Positions 9,134 through 18,933 of a DNA stretch of 54,987 bases are shown one piece after another. Source of the stretch: Pararhizobium sp. (GTDB lineage: Bacteria; Pseudomonadota; Alphaproteobacteria; Rhizobiales; Rhizobiaceae); the NCBI GenBank assembly GCA_031556925.1, contig JAVBSF010000184.1, positions 1-54,987 of the forward strand. Direction: 5' to 3'. Both the position numbers and the translations under genes were made by a program. The notes below the pieces were generated by a model. That model was not told where the DNA came from. It was given only the letters and a program-made list of their open reading frames with translations, and did not search any database. Positions within the stretch are counted from its first letter, which is position 1; each line of letters starts with the position of its first letter.

Positions 9134-12100
9134 ATGCCCGTAACCAATGCCACCCCCCCGCGCGACGCCGACTCCAGGCAAATCGACAATAACGATTCGA
9201 TCCGCGCGACCTATTTCTCGATCGAGGAGCTGCGCGCCTGTGGTTCGAACCTGGCGCTGAATGGCGCCTTGGCGCTGCCCGCCTTCTTCCCCTTCGATTT
9301 TCGCGCTCGTCATCGTGAAAACGAAAACGAGATTTTCCGCGTCTACAAGGTGACCGCGCGCGATGTCGAGGCCGGTGCTTCCATCACGCCTGCGGCCGAA
9401 TGGCTGCTCGACAATCACTACATCGTCGAAGAGGCGATCCAGGAAGTTCGCCGCGATTTTCCGCGCAAGTTCTATCGCCAGCTGCCGACGATCGATGTCG
9501 ATGGCGTCACCATCCCCCGCACCCTGGCGCTGGCCTGGTTGTACGTTGCCCACACGCACGGCACCGTTTCGCGTGAAACCCTGACGGCCATGGTCGAAGG
9601 CTTCCAGGAGCACGGCACCTTCAAGATCGGCGAACTCTGGGCATTGCCGTCGCTGCTGCGCTTCGTTTTGATCGAGAACCTGCGCCGCATCGCGATCCGC
9701 GTCGACCGTTCGCGCGGCATGCGCCGCAAGGCAAACGATATCGCCGATCAGGTGATCCGTCTGAACGATACCGAGAAGGTCAAGGCTCTTCTCAAGGAGA
9801 TCGAGCCGCTTTCTGCCGACAATACCTTTGTCGCCCAGCTTCTCTATCGCCTGCGCGATGGCTCTCAGACGTCCGGGCTGGTGATCAACTGGCTTGAGGA
9901 GCAGCTGGAAAAGCGCGACAGCGATGTCGAAAGCGCTCTTCTTGCCGAGCAGAACCGGCTTTCCTCCGGCAATGCGACGATGAGCAACATCATCCGCAGC
10001 CTGCGCGAGATCGACGACAACGACTGGGCCGTCTGGTTCGAAAGCGTCAGCAAGCTCGACGAGGCTTTGCGGCAAGGTTCAGACTACACAGCCCTCGACT
10101 TCGGTTCGCGCAACAAATACCGCAATACCATCGAGCGCCTTGCCCGCCGCTCCGGTCATACCGAGCTTGAGGTGACCGAGCTTGCCATGGCCATGGTGCG
10201 GGAGGAATCCGGGACGCCACAGGAGGACGGTTCGTTTCGTCAGGCCAATGTCGGCGAGTTCCTCGTCGGCAAGAAGCGGCGCCTTCTCGAAGCCAAGATC
10301 GATTATCGCCCGACTATGGTGCAGCGCATTGTCCGCGCCAGCCGCAAGCTGGACTGGATGGCGATTGCCGGCCCGAACATTCTCCTGACCATTTTGGCGA
10401 TGGTGCTGGTCTATATCTTCGTCAGCCCGATGGATATTCCAAGCGGCGCGAAGCTGATCATGCTGCTGCTCTTCGCTCTGCCGGCCTCGGAAGGGGCGAT
10501 GGGCCTGTTCAATACGCTCGTCACCTTCTTCGTCACGCCGTCTCGGCTGGTGGGCTACGAATTCCTCGACGGCATTCCGGAAGATGCCCGCACGCTGGTC
10601 GTCGTGCCCTGCCTGATTTCGAAACGGGATCATGTCGACGAGCTCGTGCGCAATCTCGAGGTCCACTACCTCGCCAATCCGCGCGGCGAAGTCTATTACG
10701 CCCTCGTCAGCGACTGGGCCGATAGCCAGGTCGAGGAAACGGCCGCCGATATCGAGGTGCTGGAATACGCCAAGGGTGAAATCGCAACCCTTGCGGCGCG
10801 GTATAATCACGATAACCGAACCCGCTTCTACCTCCTGCACCGCCGCCGGCTCTACAATGAATCCGAAGGCGCCTGGATGGGCTGGGAGCGCAAGCGCGGC
10901 AAGCTGCATGAGCTGAACCTGCTCCTGCGCGGCGACAAGGACACGTCATTCCTCGTCGGCGCCAATACGGTGCCGGACAATGTGCAATATGTGATGACGC
11001 TTGATTCCGACACGCGCCTGATGCGCGACGCGGTGACCAAACTCGTCGGCAAGCTCTATCATCCGATCAACCGTCCGATTGTCGATCCCGAAACGCAGAA
11101 GGTGACGGCCGGTTACAGCATCCTTCAGCCGCGCGTCACGCCGTCGCTGACGACCGGTAGCGAAGCCTCCGCCTTCCAGCGCATCTTCTCGGCCAATCGC
11201 GGCATCGACCCTTACGTCTTCACCGTCTCGGACGTCTATCAGGACATTGCCGGCGAAGGCACGTTTACCGGCAAGGGTCTTTACCACGTCGATGCCTTCG
11301 AGGCCGCGATCAAGGGCAGGATCGAGGAAAACGCGGTTTTGAGCCACGATCTGCTCGAAGGCTCGCTGTCGCGTTGCGCCCTCGTGACCGATGTGGAACT
11401 GGTCGAAGATTTCCCGATCCGCTACGAGGTCGAAACCTCGCGCCAGCATCGCTGGGCGCGGGGCGACTGGCAGCTGCTGCCTTACATCTTCAATCCGAAC
11501 AACGGGCTTTCCATGCTCGGCCGTTGGAAGATGTACGATAACCTGCGGCGCTCGCTGATCCCGATCGCCTGGCTCGTCGCATCCGTCATGGGCTGGTACT
11601 ACATGGAGCCAACGCAGGCGCTGATCTGGCAGTTCGTGCTGATCTTCAGCCTGTTCGTCGCCCCGACGCTTTCCTTGTTCTCCAGCATCATGCCGCGCCG
11701 CAGCGATATCGTTGCGCGGGCGCACTTGCATGCGGTCCTCTCGGAAATTCAGGCCGCCAACGCGCAGGTCGCCTTGCGCATCGTCTTCATCGCCCATTCG
11801 GCGGCGATGATGGCCGATGCCATCGTGCGCTCGCTTTACCGCACCTTCGTCAGCGGCAAGCTGATGCTGGAGTGGCGGACCGCTGCTCAGGTACAGAGCT
11901 CCGCGGCCGACAGCACGATCTGGGATTATTATCGCTCCATGTGGACGGCGCCGGTGCTGGCGCTGATATCGCTGGCTCTGGCTGCAATCTCCGATACGGG
12001 CCTGCCCTTCATCGGCATCCCCTTTGCCGCACTCTGGATATTTTCTCCGGCCATTGCCTGGTTCGTCAGCCAGTCGGCTGAGACGGAAGACCAGCTTGTC

Positions 12101-15100
12101 GTGCCGGAAGAGGTTGTCGATGAGTTCCGCAAGATCGCGCGCCGCACCTGGCGTTACTTCGAGCAGTTTGTGAATGCAGAGCAGAACTTTCTGCCCCCGG
12201 ACAATTTCCAGGAAACGCCGCACCCGGTTCTCGCCGAGCGTACCTCGCCGACCAATATCGGCGTTTACCTTCTCTCGGTCATGTCGGCCCGCGATTTTGG
12301 CTGGATCGGTTTCGAGGAAACCATTCGCCGTCTGGAAGAAACGGTCGCCACCATCGACCGCATGCAGAAATTCCGCGGCCATCTGTTCAACTGGTACAAG
12401 ACGGACACGCTTGAGCCGATGGAGCCGAAATATATTTCGGCCGTGGACTCGGGCAATCTCGCCGGCCACCTGATCGCCGTTTCCTCCATGTGCCGCGAAT
12501 GGGCGGAAGCGCCGTCGGCCCATGTTCAGGGCAGCTTGGATGGCATCGGCGATGTCGCCGCGATCCTCATGGAAACGCTTGCCCAGTTGCCGGATGACCG
12601 CAAGACGGTGCGCCCGCTGCGAAACCTGCTCGACGAGCGCATCACCGGCTTCGAAAACGCCCTGCAGGCGGTCAAGCGCGAGCATGAATTCGCGTCGATC
12701 CGCGTCATCAATCTCGCGATCCTGGCGCGCGACATGCACAAGCTCACGGTCAATCTCGACCATGAGGTGAAGAGCGCCAAGAGCGGCGAGGTCTCGAACT
12801 GGGCGGCGCTGCTGGTCAACACCTGCGAAGCCCATATCGCCGATGGCGTCTTCGATCTGACGGCAATCGAAAATCTGCGTCAGCGGTTGATCGTCCTGCG
12901 CGATCGCACCCGCGATCTCGCCTTCACCATGGATTTCAGCTTCCTGTTCCGCAAGGAGCGTCGTCTGCTGTCGATCGGCTACCGGGTCAATACCGGCGAA
13001 TTGGACGAGGCCTGCTACGACCTTCTGGCCTCCGAAGCTCGCCTCACCAGCCTGTTTGCCATCGCCAAGGGCGACCTGCCGACCGAGCACTGGTACAAGC
13101 TAGGCCGTCCGGTCGTTCCGATCGGTGCCCGTGGCGCGCTGGTGTCGTGGTCCGGTTCGATGTTCGAATATCTGATGCCGCCGCTTGTCATGCAGGAGCG
13201 TCAGGGCGGTATCCTCAACCAGACCAACAATCTGATCGTCAAGGAGCAGATGAACCATGGCCGCCGTCTTGGCACGCCATGGGGCATCTCCGAAGCCGCC
13301 TTCAACGCCCGCGACCATGAGCTGACCTATCAGTACACCAATTTCGGTGTGCCGACGCTCGGGCTGAAGCGCGGTCTTGGACAGAATGCCGTCATCGCGC
13401 CCTATGCCTCGATCCTCGCCAGCATGTACGACCCGAAAGCGGCGCTTGTGAACCTTGAGCGGCTGCGTGCCGTTGGCGCGCTCGGCGTCTACGGCTTCCA
13501 CGATGCGGTCGACTACACGCCGACCCGCGTGCCGGAAGGCCAGACCTGCGCGGTGGTGCGCAACTACTATGCCCACCATCACGGCATGTCGATTGCAGCT
13601 GTCGCCAACGTCGTCTTCGAAGGGCGTCTGCGCGAATGGTTCCATGCCGATCCGGTGATCGAGGCAGCCGAACTGCTGCTGCAGGAAAAGGCGCCACGCG
13701 ATATTCCGATCATGAACGCCAAGCGTGAGCCGGAATCACTCGGCAAGGGTCAGGAAGACCTGTTGCGGCCGGAAGTCCGCACCATCGCCGAACCCTTGCA
13801 GAAGGATCGCGAAACCGTTTTCCTCTCCAATGGCCACTACTCCGTCATGCTGACGGCGGTCGGTTCCGGCTATTCTCGCTGGAACGGCCAGACCGTTGCG
13901 CGCTGGAAGCCTGACCCGACCGAAGATCGTTGGGGCACCTTCCTGTTCCTGCGCGATACGACGACCGGCGAATGGTGGTCTGCCACCGCCGAGCCGCGTC
14001 GCGCTGCCGGTGAAAAGACCACGACCCGCTTCGGCGATGACAAGGCCGAGTTCATCAAGATCGTCGGCGATATCACCAGCGAGGTCGAGTGCATCGTCGC
14101 GACCGAGCATGACGCCGAAGGCCGCCGCCTGACGCTGCTGAACGGCAGCTCGGAAGACCGCTTCATCGAGGTCACCTCCTACGCCGAGCCGGTTCTGACG
14201 ACCGACGATACCGACAGCGCTCACCCGTTGTTCTCGAAGATGTTCCTGCGCACGGAAATCGATCCGCGTGGCGATGCGATCCGCGTCAGCCGCAACAAGC
14301 GCAGCCCCGGCGAGCCGGATATGGAGGTTGCCCATCTGGTGGCCGACAATTCCGGTGTCGAACGCCACACGGAGGCGGAAACCGACCGTCGCCGGTTCGT
14401 CGGTGTCGGCCGTACGCTCGCCGAAGCGCAGGCCTTCGACGAGGGGGCGTCGCTCACCGGCACGGATGGCTACACGCTCGATCCGGTCATGTCGCTGCGC
14501 CGGGTCATCCGTGTACCGGCCAACAAGAAGGTCAGCATCGTCTTCTGGACGATTGCGGCACCGAACCGCGAGCAGGTCGATCGCGCCATCGACCGGTATC
14601 GCAACCCGGACAGCTTCAACCACGAGCAGATCCACGCCTGGACCCGCAGCCAGGTGCAGCTACGCCATGTCGGCATAACCTCGCAGGAAGCGGCAAGCTT
14701 CCAGATGCTCGGCCGCTATCTCGCCTATCCCGACATGCAGCTGCGCGCCGATTCGGCCACGGTGCATGCCGGGCTCGGTCCGCAGTCGGCTCTCTGGCCG
14801 CTGGCGATATCAGGCGATTTCCCGATCTTCACCGTCCGCATCAATGACGATGTCGACATGAACATCGCCCGTGAAGCGCTGAAAGCGCAGGAATATATGC
14901 GTGCCCGCGGCGTCACCGCCGATCTGGTGATCGTCAACGAGCGTGCCGCCTCTTATGCGCAGGATATGCAGCATGCGCTGGATGCCATGTGCGAGAACCT
15001 GCGCCTGCGCGGAGCCTCGGATGGTCCGCGCCAGCATATCTTTGCCGTGCGCCGCGATATCATGGAGCCGCAGACCTGGTCGGCGCTTTTGTCGGCGTCG

Positions 15101-17623
15101 CGCGCGGTCTTCCATGCCCGAAACGGCACGCTGTCCGACCAGATCAGCCGCGCCGGCTCGCTGTTTTCATCGCCGTCGAAGGCAAAGTCCAAGGTCACGC
15201 TGCCCTTGCTGGCGGCGATGCCGAAGGATGAGGGCAGGGCCGGGATTTCCGGCGAAGGCCTGGATTTCTGGAACGGCTATGGTGGTTTTTCCAAGGATGG
15301 CCGCGAATACGTGACCCGCCTGCGTGGCGGCGAGGCAACGCCGCAGCCGTGGATCAACGTCATCTCCAATGAAACCTTCGGCTTCCATGTGGCCGCCGAA
15401 GGAGCGGCCTTCACCTGGAGCCGCAATTCGCGCGACTACCAGCTGACCAACTGGACCAACGATGCCGTCAGCAACCGTCCGGGTGAAGCGATCTTCATCC
15501 GCGACATGGAAAACGGCGCGGTCGTGACGCCCTATGGCAGCCTGTCGCGCCGGGGTTCGGCGGTCTTCGAGACCCGTCATGGTCTCGGTTATTCGATCTT
15601 CGAAAGCAAGCAGGACGATCTCGCTATTGAAGTGACTCAGACCGTGCATCGTACGCTGCCGGTCAAAGCCGTCCGTCTGAAGCTTCGCAACGATGCATCG
15701 GGAGAGCGCAGCCTGAAGATTTACGGCTATCTCGAATGGGTGCTGGGCAATAACCGGTCGAAGACGGCGCCGTTCGTTCTGTCGAAGCGCGATGCCGAGA
15801 CGGGAGCGATGCTTGCGACCAACCCCTACAGCATCGATTATTCCGGCCGCACGAGCTTCTTCACCGCCAGCGAAACGGCAAGCGGCTTCACCGCGAGCCG
15901 GCGCGAGTTCCTCGGCCGTGGCGGCGGCATTCAGGCTCCGAGCGCCGTGCTCTCCGGTTCCGCCCTTTCGGGGGCTACGGAAGCGGATGGCGACCCCTGT
16001 GCGGCGCTGGCTGTTGATGTCACGCTGAAAGCCGGCGAAGTCAGGGAAATCACTTTCCTTGTCGGCGATGGTGACAATGAAGAGCAGGCTCGCGATATCC
16101 TTGGACAAGCGCTGAAGGTATCGGTCGATACGATGCTGGAAGAGGCCAAAGCCTATTGGGCCGATTTCACTGACGTCCTGACGGTTGATACGCCCGACAA
16201 GGCGTTCAACACGATGGTCAATGCCTGGCTGCCCTATCAGAGCCTTGGCTGCCGTATCCTTGCTCGCTCGGCCTTCTATCAGGCGAGCGGCGCATTCGGT
16301 TTCCGCGACCAGCTGCAGGATACGCTTGCGTTCCTCATCCATCGTCCGGAACTGGCGCGTGCGCAGATCCTCAACGCTGCCGCCCGGCAGTTCCCGGAAG
16401 GGGACGTCCTGCACTGGTGGCTGCCGGGCAATGGCTCGGGCGTGCGCACGCTGATCTCGGACGACGTCGTCTGGCTCGGTCATGCCGTGCAGTATTACTG
16501 CAAGGTCATCGGCACGAAGGATATCCTCGATGAGCAGATAGCCTTCATCGAAGGTCCGGCGCTGGGCGAGGGGCAGCATGACAGCTTCTTCCAGCCCACA
16601 ATTTCCGAGCGCCGCGTCAGCCTCTACGAGCATTGCGCCGTAGCGCTCGATCTTGCCATCAAGCGCACGGGGGAAAACGGCCTGCCGCTGATTCTCGGTG
16701 GCGACTGGAACGATGGCATGAACCGTGTCGGCATCGAAGAGCGCGGCACGAGCGTCTGGCTGGGCTGGTTCCTCGCGGCCACCTTGCGGTCGTTCGTTGC
16801 GATTGCGCGGGAGCGTGGAGATAGCGCCCATGCCGAGGCGTGGGAAAAGCATCTCGAGACGCTGAAAGCGGCGCTGGAAACCGCCGGCTGGGATGGCAGT
16901 TACTATCGTCGCGGATACTACGACGATGGCACGCCGCTGGGTTCTGCCGGGGCAAACGAATGCCGCATCGATTCGATCGCGCAGTCCTGGAGCGTGCTTT
17001 CGGCTGAAGGTGATCCCGAGCGGTCGCGGCAGGCGATGGATGCGGTTCTATCCGAGCTTGCCGATTCCGATCACCAGATCATCCGGCTCTTCACGCCGCC
17101 GCTTTCCGGCACGGCGCATGATCCCGGCTATATCAAGGGTTACCCGCCGGGCGTTCGCGAAAACGGCGGGCAATATACCCATGCCGCCACCTGGGTCGTG
17201 CTGGCGCTGGCCGCGCAAGGCCGGGCCGATGACGCCTGGCGTGCGTTTGAGATGCTGAACCCGGTCAACCATGCCAAGGACCGGGACGCTGCCGATCTCT
17301 ATCGGGTCGAACCCTATGTGGTCGCTGCCGATATCTACGGCGAAGGCGCTCTTTCTGGCCGTGGTGGCTGGACCTGGTACACCGGCTCTGCCGCATGGCT
17401 TTACCGTGCCGCTGTCGAGGGCATTCTCGGCATCCGCAAACGTGGTGACGAGCTGGTTGTCGATCCCGCCCTGCCAAAAGGCTGGAACGGCTTCAGCGCA
17501 AAGCTGCGCGTCGATGGAAAGGTTCACGAGATTTCCGTGAGCCGTGATGCGGACGGCACGGTTATCGCCAGCATCGATAATAAAACCGTCACAAAAAACG
17601 CGCATGAAAGCGCATTGCTTTAG
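9134..17623 (+). CDS. ndvB: Cyclic beta-1,2-glucan synthase (NdvB/ChvB/Cgs)
   Basis: About 2830 aa from a probable ATG at 9134. GT84 motifs GWERKRGKL, TLDSDT, SHDLLEG and RWARGDWQ, transmembrane segments, and a C-terminal GH94 phosphorylase domain (GFRDQLQD, GDWNDG, ENGGQYTHAA). Confidence 0.96.
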   Translation: MPVTNATPPRDADSRQIDNNDSIRATYFSIEELRACGSNLALNGALALPAFFPFDFRARHRENENEIFRVYKVTARDVEAGASITPAAEWLLDNHYIVEEAIQEVRRDFPRKFYRQLPTIDVDGVTIPRTLALAWLYVAHTHGTVSRETLTAMVEGFQEHGTFKIGELWALPSLLRFVLIENLRRIAIRVDRSRGMRRKANDIADQVIRLNDTEKVKALLKEIEPLSADNTFVAQLLYRLRDGSQTSGLVINWLEEQLEKRDSDVESALLAEQNRLSSGNATMSNIIRSLREIDDNDWAVWFESVSKLDEALRQGSDYTALDFGSRNKYRNTIERLARRSGHTELEVTELAMAMVREESGTPQEDGSFRQANVGEFLVGKKRRLLEAKIDYRPTMVQRIVRASRKLDWMAIAGPNILLTILAMVLVYIFVSPMDIPSGAKLIMLLLFALPASEGAMGLFNTLVTFFVTPSRLVGYEFLDGIPEDARTLVVVPCLISKRDHVDELVRNLEVHYLANPRGEVYYALVSDWADSQVEETAADIEVLEYAKGEIATLAARYNHDNRTRFYLLHRRRLYNESEGAWMGWERKRGKLHELNLLLRGDKDTSFLVGANTVPDNVQYVMTLDSDTRLMRDAVTKLVGKLYHPINRPIVDPETQKVTAGYSILQPRVTPSLTTGSEASAFQRIFSANRGIDPYVFTVSDVYQDIAGEGTFTGKGLYHVDAFEAAIKGRIEENAVLSHDLLEGSLSRCALVTDVELVEDFPIRYEVETSRQHRWARGDWQLLPYIFNPNNGLSMLGRWKMYDNLRRSLIPIAWLVASVMGWYYMEPTQALIWQFVLIFSLFVAPTLSLFSSIMPRRSDIVARAHLHAVLSEIQAANAQVALRIVFIAHSAAMMADAIVRSLYRTFVSGKLMLEWRTAAQVQSSAADSTIWDYYRSMWTAPVLALISLALAAISDTGLPFIGIPFAALWIFSPAIAWFVSQSAETEDQLVVPEEVVDEFRKIARRTWRYFEQFVNAEQNFLPPDNFQETPHPVLAERTSPTNIGVYLLSVMSARDFGWIGFEETIRRLEETVATIDRMQKFRGHLFNWYKTDTLEPMEPKYISAVDSGNLAGHLIAVSSMCREWAEAPSAHVQGSLDGIGDVAAILMETLAQLPDDRKTVRPLRNLLDERITGFENALQAVKREHEFASIRVINLAILARDMHKLTVNLDHEVKSAKSGEVSNWAALLVNTCEAHIADGVFDLTAIENLRQRLIVLRDRTRDLAFTMDFSFLFRKERRLLSIGYRVNTGELDEACYDLLASEARLTSLFAIAKGDLPTEHWYKLGRPVVPIGARGALVSWSGSMFEYLMPPLVMQERQGGILNQTNNLIVKEQMNHGRRLGTPWGISEAAFNARDHELTYQYTNFGVPTLGLKRGLGQNAVIAPYASILASMYDPKAALVNLERLRAVGALGVYGFHDAVDYTPTRVPEGQTCAVVRNYYAHHHGMSIAAVANVVFEGRLREWFHADPVIEAAELLLQEKAPRDIPIMNAKREPESLGKGQEDLLRPEVRTIAEPLQKDRETVFLSNGHYSVMLTAVGSGYSRWNGQTVARWKPDPTEDRWGTFLFLRDTTTGEWWSATAEPRRAAGEKTTTRFGDDKAEFIKIVGDITSEVECIVATEHDAEGRRLTLLNGSSEDRFIEVTSYAEPVLTTDDTDSAHPLFSKMFLRTEIDPRGDAIRVSRNKRSPGEPDMEVAHLVADNSGVERHTEAETDRRRFVGVGRTLAEAQAFDEGASLTGTDGYTLDPVMSLRRVIRVPANKKVSIVFWTIAAPNREQVDRAIDRYRNPDSFNHEQIHAWTRSQVQLRHVGITSQEAASFQMLGRYLAYPDMQLRADSATVHAGLGPQSALWPLAISGDFPIFTVRINDDVDMNIAREALKAQEYMRARGVTADLVIVNERAASYAQDMQHALDAMCENLRLRGASDGPRQHIFAVRRDIMEPQTWSALLSASRAVFHARNGTLSDQISRAGSLFSSPSKAKSKVTLPLLAAMPKDEGRAGISGEGLDFWNGYGGFSKDGREYVTRLRGGEATPQPWINVISNETFGFHVAAEGAAFTWSRNSRDYQLTNWTNDAVSNRPGEAIFIRDMENGAVVTPYGSLSRRGSAVFETRHGLGYSIFESKQDDLAIEVTQTVHRTLPVKAVRLKLRNDASGERSLKIYGYLEWVLGNNRSKTAPFVLSKRDAETGAMLATNPYSIDYSGRTSFFTASETASGFTASRREFLGRGGGIQAPSAVLSGSALSGATEADGDPCAALAVDVTLKAGEVREITFLVGDGDNEEQARDILGQALKVSVDTMLEEAKAYWADFTDVLTVDTPDKAFNTMVNAWLPYQSLGCRILARSAFYQASGAFGFRDQLQDTLAFLIHRPELARAQILNAAARQFPEGDVLHWWLPGNGSGVRTLISDDVVWLGHAVQYYCKVIGTKDILDEQIAFIEGPALGEGQHDSFFQPTISERRVSLYEHCAVALDLAIKRTGENGLPLILGGDWNDGMNRVGIEERGTSVWLGWFLAATLRSFVAIARERGDSAHAEAWEKHLETLKAALETAGWDGSYYRRGYYDDGTPLGSAGANECRIDSIAQSWSVLSAEGDPERSRQAMDAVLSELADSDHQIIRLFTPPLSGTAHDPGYIKGYPPGVRENGGQYTHAATWVVLALAAQGRADDAWRAFEMLNPVNHAKDRDAADLYRVEPYVVAADIYGEGALSGRGGWTWYTGSAAWLYRAAVEGILGIRKRGDELVVDPALPKGWNGFSAKLRVDGKVHEISVSRDADGTVIASIDNKTVTKNAHESALL

Positions 17624-17639
17624 CCGCCGGTGAAAGCCT

Positions 17640-17669
17640 GAACCGGCTTTGCAAACGCAAGGCCGGTTC
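17640..17669 (+). terminator. Hairpin between ndvB and opgC (terminator or mRNA stabiliser)
   Basis: gaaccggctttgc-aaac-gcaaggccggttc; no clear U-tract. Confidence 0.4.
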
Positions 17670-17723
17670 CCGACATCGGAACATTCGCGACGGGGCGGGG
17701 CGCCACAATGCGAGCGACGATGA

Positions 17724-18875
17724 ATGCTTCAGAGAATGCCTCTCCTGACCGGTGGCGATACGGCAGATACCGCTCCGGTCACGCAGCGCGATACCCGGCT
17801 TGATGTCTGCCGCGCCATCTGCCTGTTGATGATCTTCATTAACCATGTGCCCGGACAGTATCTCGAATATCTGACATCGAAGAATTTCGGCTTCTCCGAT
17901 TCGGCCGAAGCCTTCGTGCTGATTTCCGGCCTCTCCGCCGGTCTCGCCTATGGCCGGAAATTCGTATCCGGCAATCGTCTCGCACTCAGCATCCGTATCT
18001 GGCGGCGGGCCTTCTCGCTTTATATCGCTCATATCATGACCAGCGTCATCACGCTGGCGATCTTCGCCGGCGGCGCGCTTTATTTTGGCCGGCAGGATCT
18101 TGTCGGCGAAATCAACATCCTGCCGATCGTCGAAAACACCGAACAGGGGCTTGTCGCCATGGTGCTGCTTGGTCACCAGCTTGGCTACAACAACATCCTG
18201 TCGATGTATGCGGTGCTGTTTCTCATGCTGCCCGGCGTGCTTTGGCTGCGCTCGAAAAGCGCCACGCTCGTGCTTTTTCTGTCCGGAGCGCTGTGGCTTT
18301 TTGCCGGCATCTACCAGATCGCGCCGGTCAATTTTCTCGATGAGGGCTACTGGTTCCTCAATCCCTGGTCGTGGCAATTCCTGTTCGTGATCGGCGTCGT
18401 GGCGATGATGCGGGCCAAGGACGGTGGCCGTTTGCCGCGCCACCCGATGCTGATCGCAGGTGCCGCGGGCTATGTCGGCCTGTCTTTCTGCTGGGTGGTC
18501 TTTTCCTGGTGGAATATCGATCTCTCCCATGGGCTACCCGCAGTGCTGACCGGCTTCGACAAGACCTTCCTGTCGACGCCCCGGCTCTTCCATGTGCTGG
18601 CGCTCGGTTACCTCTTCGCCGTCCTGCCGGCACTTGGCGGTCTGGTTCGGCTCAGGATCGATCATCCACTGGTGATCATCGGCCGTCATTCGCTGCCGAT
18701 CTTCATCTTCGGCACGATCCTTGCCATGGTCGGTCAGGTTTTCGTCTTCGTGACGGACAAGAACGCGCTTCTGGGTACGACCTATGTGGCTGTCGGCATC
18801 GGCCTGCATTTTGCCTATGCGCGTTATCTCGACTGGCTCGCCACGGTGTCGTCAGGTTCGTCCGTCCGGGCCTGA
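17724..18875 (+). CDS. opgC: OpgC-family glucan succinyltransferase
   Basis: RDTRLD, IFINHVPG, NFGFSDSAEAFVLISG, NILSMY, WFLNPWSWQFLF and GRHSLPIF motifs; multi-pass membrane protein between ndvB and ndvA. Exact start uncertain. Confidence 0.88.
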   Translation: MLQRMPLLTGGDTADTAPVTQRDTRLDVCRAICLLMIFINHVPGQYLEYLTSKNFGFSDSAEAFVLISGLSAGLAYGRKFVSGNRLALSIRIWRRAFSLYIAHIMTSVITLAIFAGGALYFGRQDLVGEINILPIVENTEQGLVAMVLLGHQLGYNNILSMYAVLFLMLPGVLWLRSKSATLVLFLSGALWLFAGIYQIAPVNFLDEGYWFLNPWSWQFLFVIGVVAMMRAKDGGRLPRHPMLIAGAAGYVGLSFCWVVFSWWNIDLSHGLPAVLTGFDKTFLSTPRLFHVLALGYLFAVLPALGGLVRLRIDHPLVIIGRHSLPIFIFGTILAMVGQVFVFVTDKNALLGTTYVAVGIGLHFAYARYLDWLATVSSGSSVRA

Positions 18876-18879
18876 AATG

Positions 18880-18909
18880 AAAAGACCCCGCTCGTGAAGC
18901 GAGGTCATT
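18880..18909. terminator. Hairpin between convergent opgC and ndvA
   Basis: aaaa-gaccccgct-cgtga-agcgaggtc; gives a U-tract on the minus strand. Confidence 0.5.
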
Positions 18910-18933
18910 GAAGTGGTGTAGCGCCGAATGTCG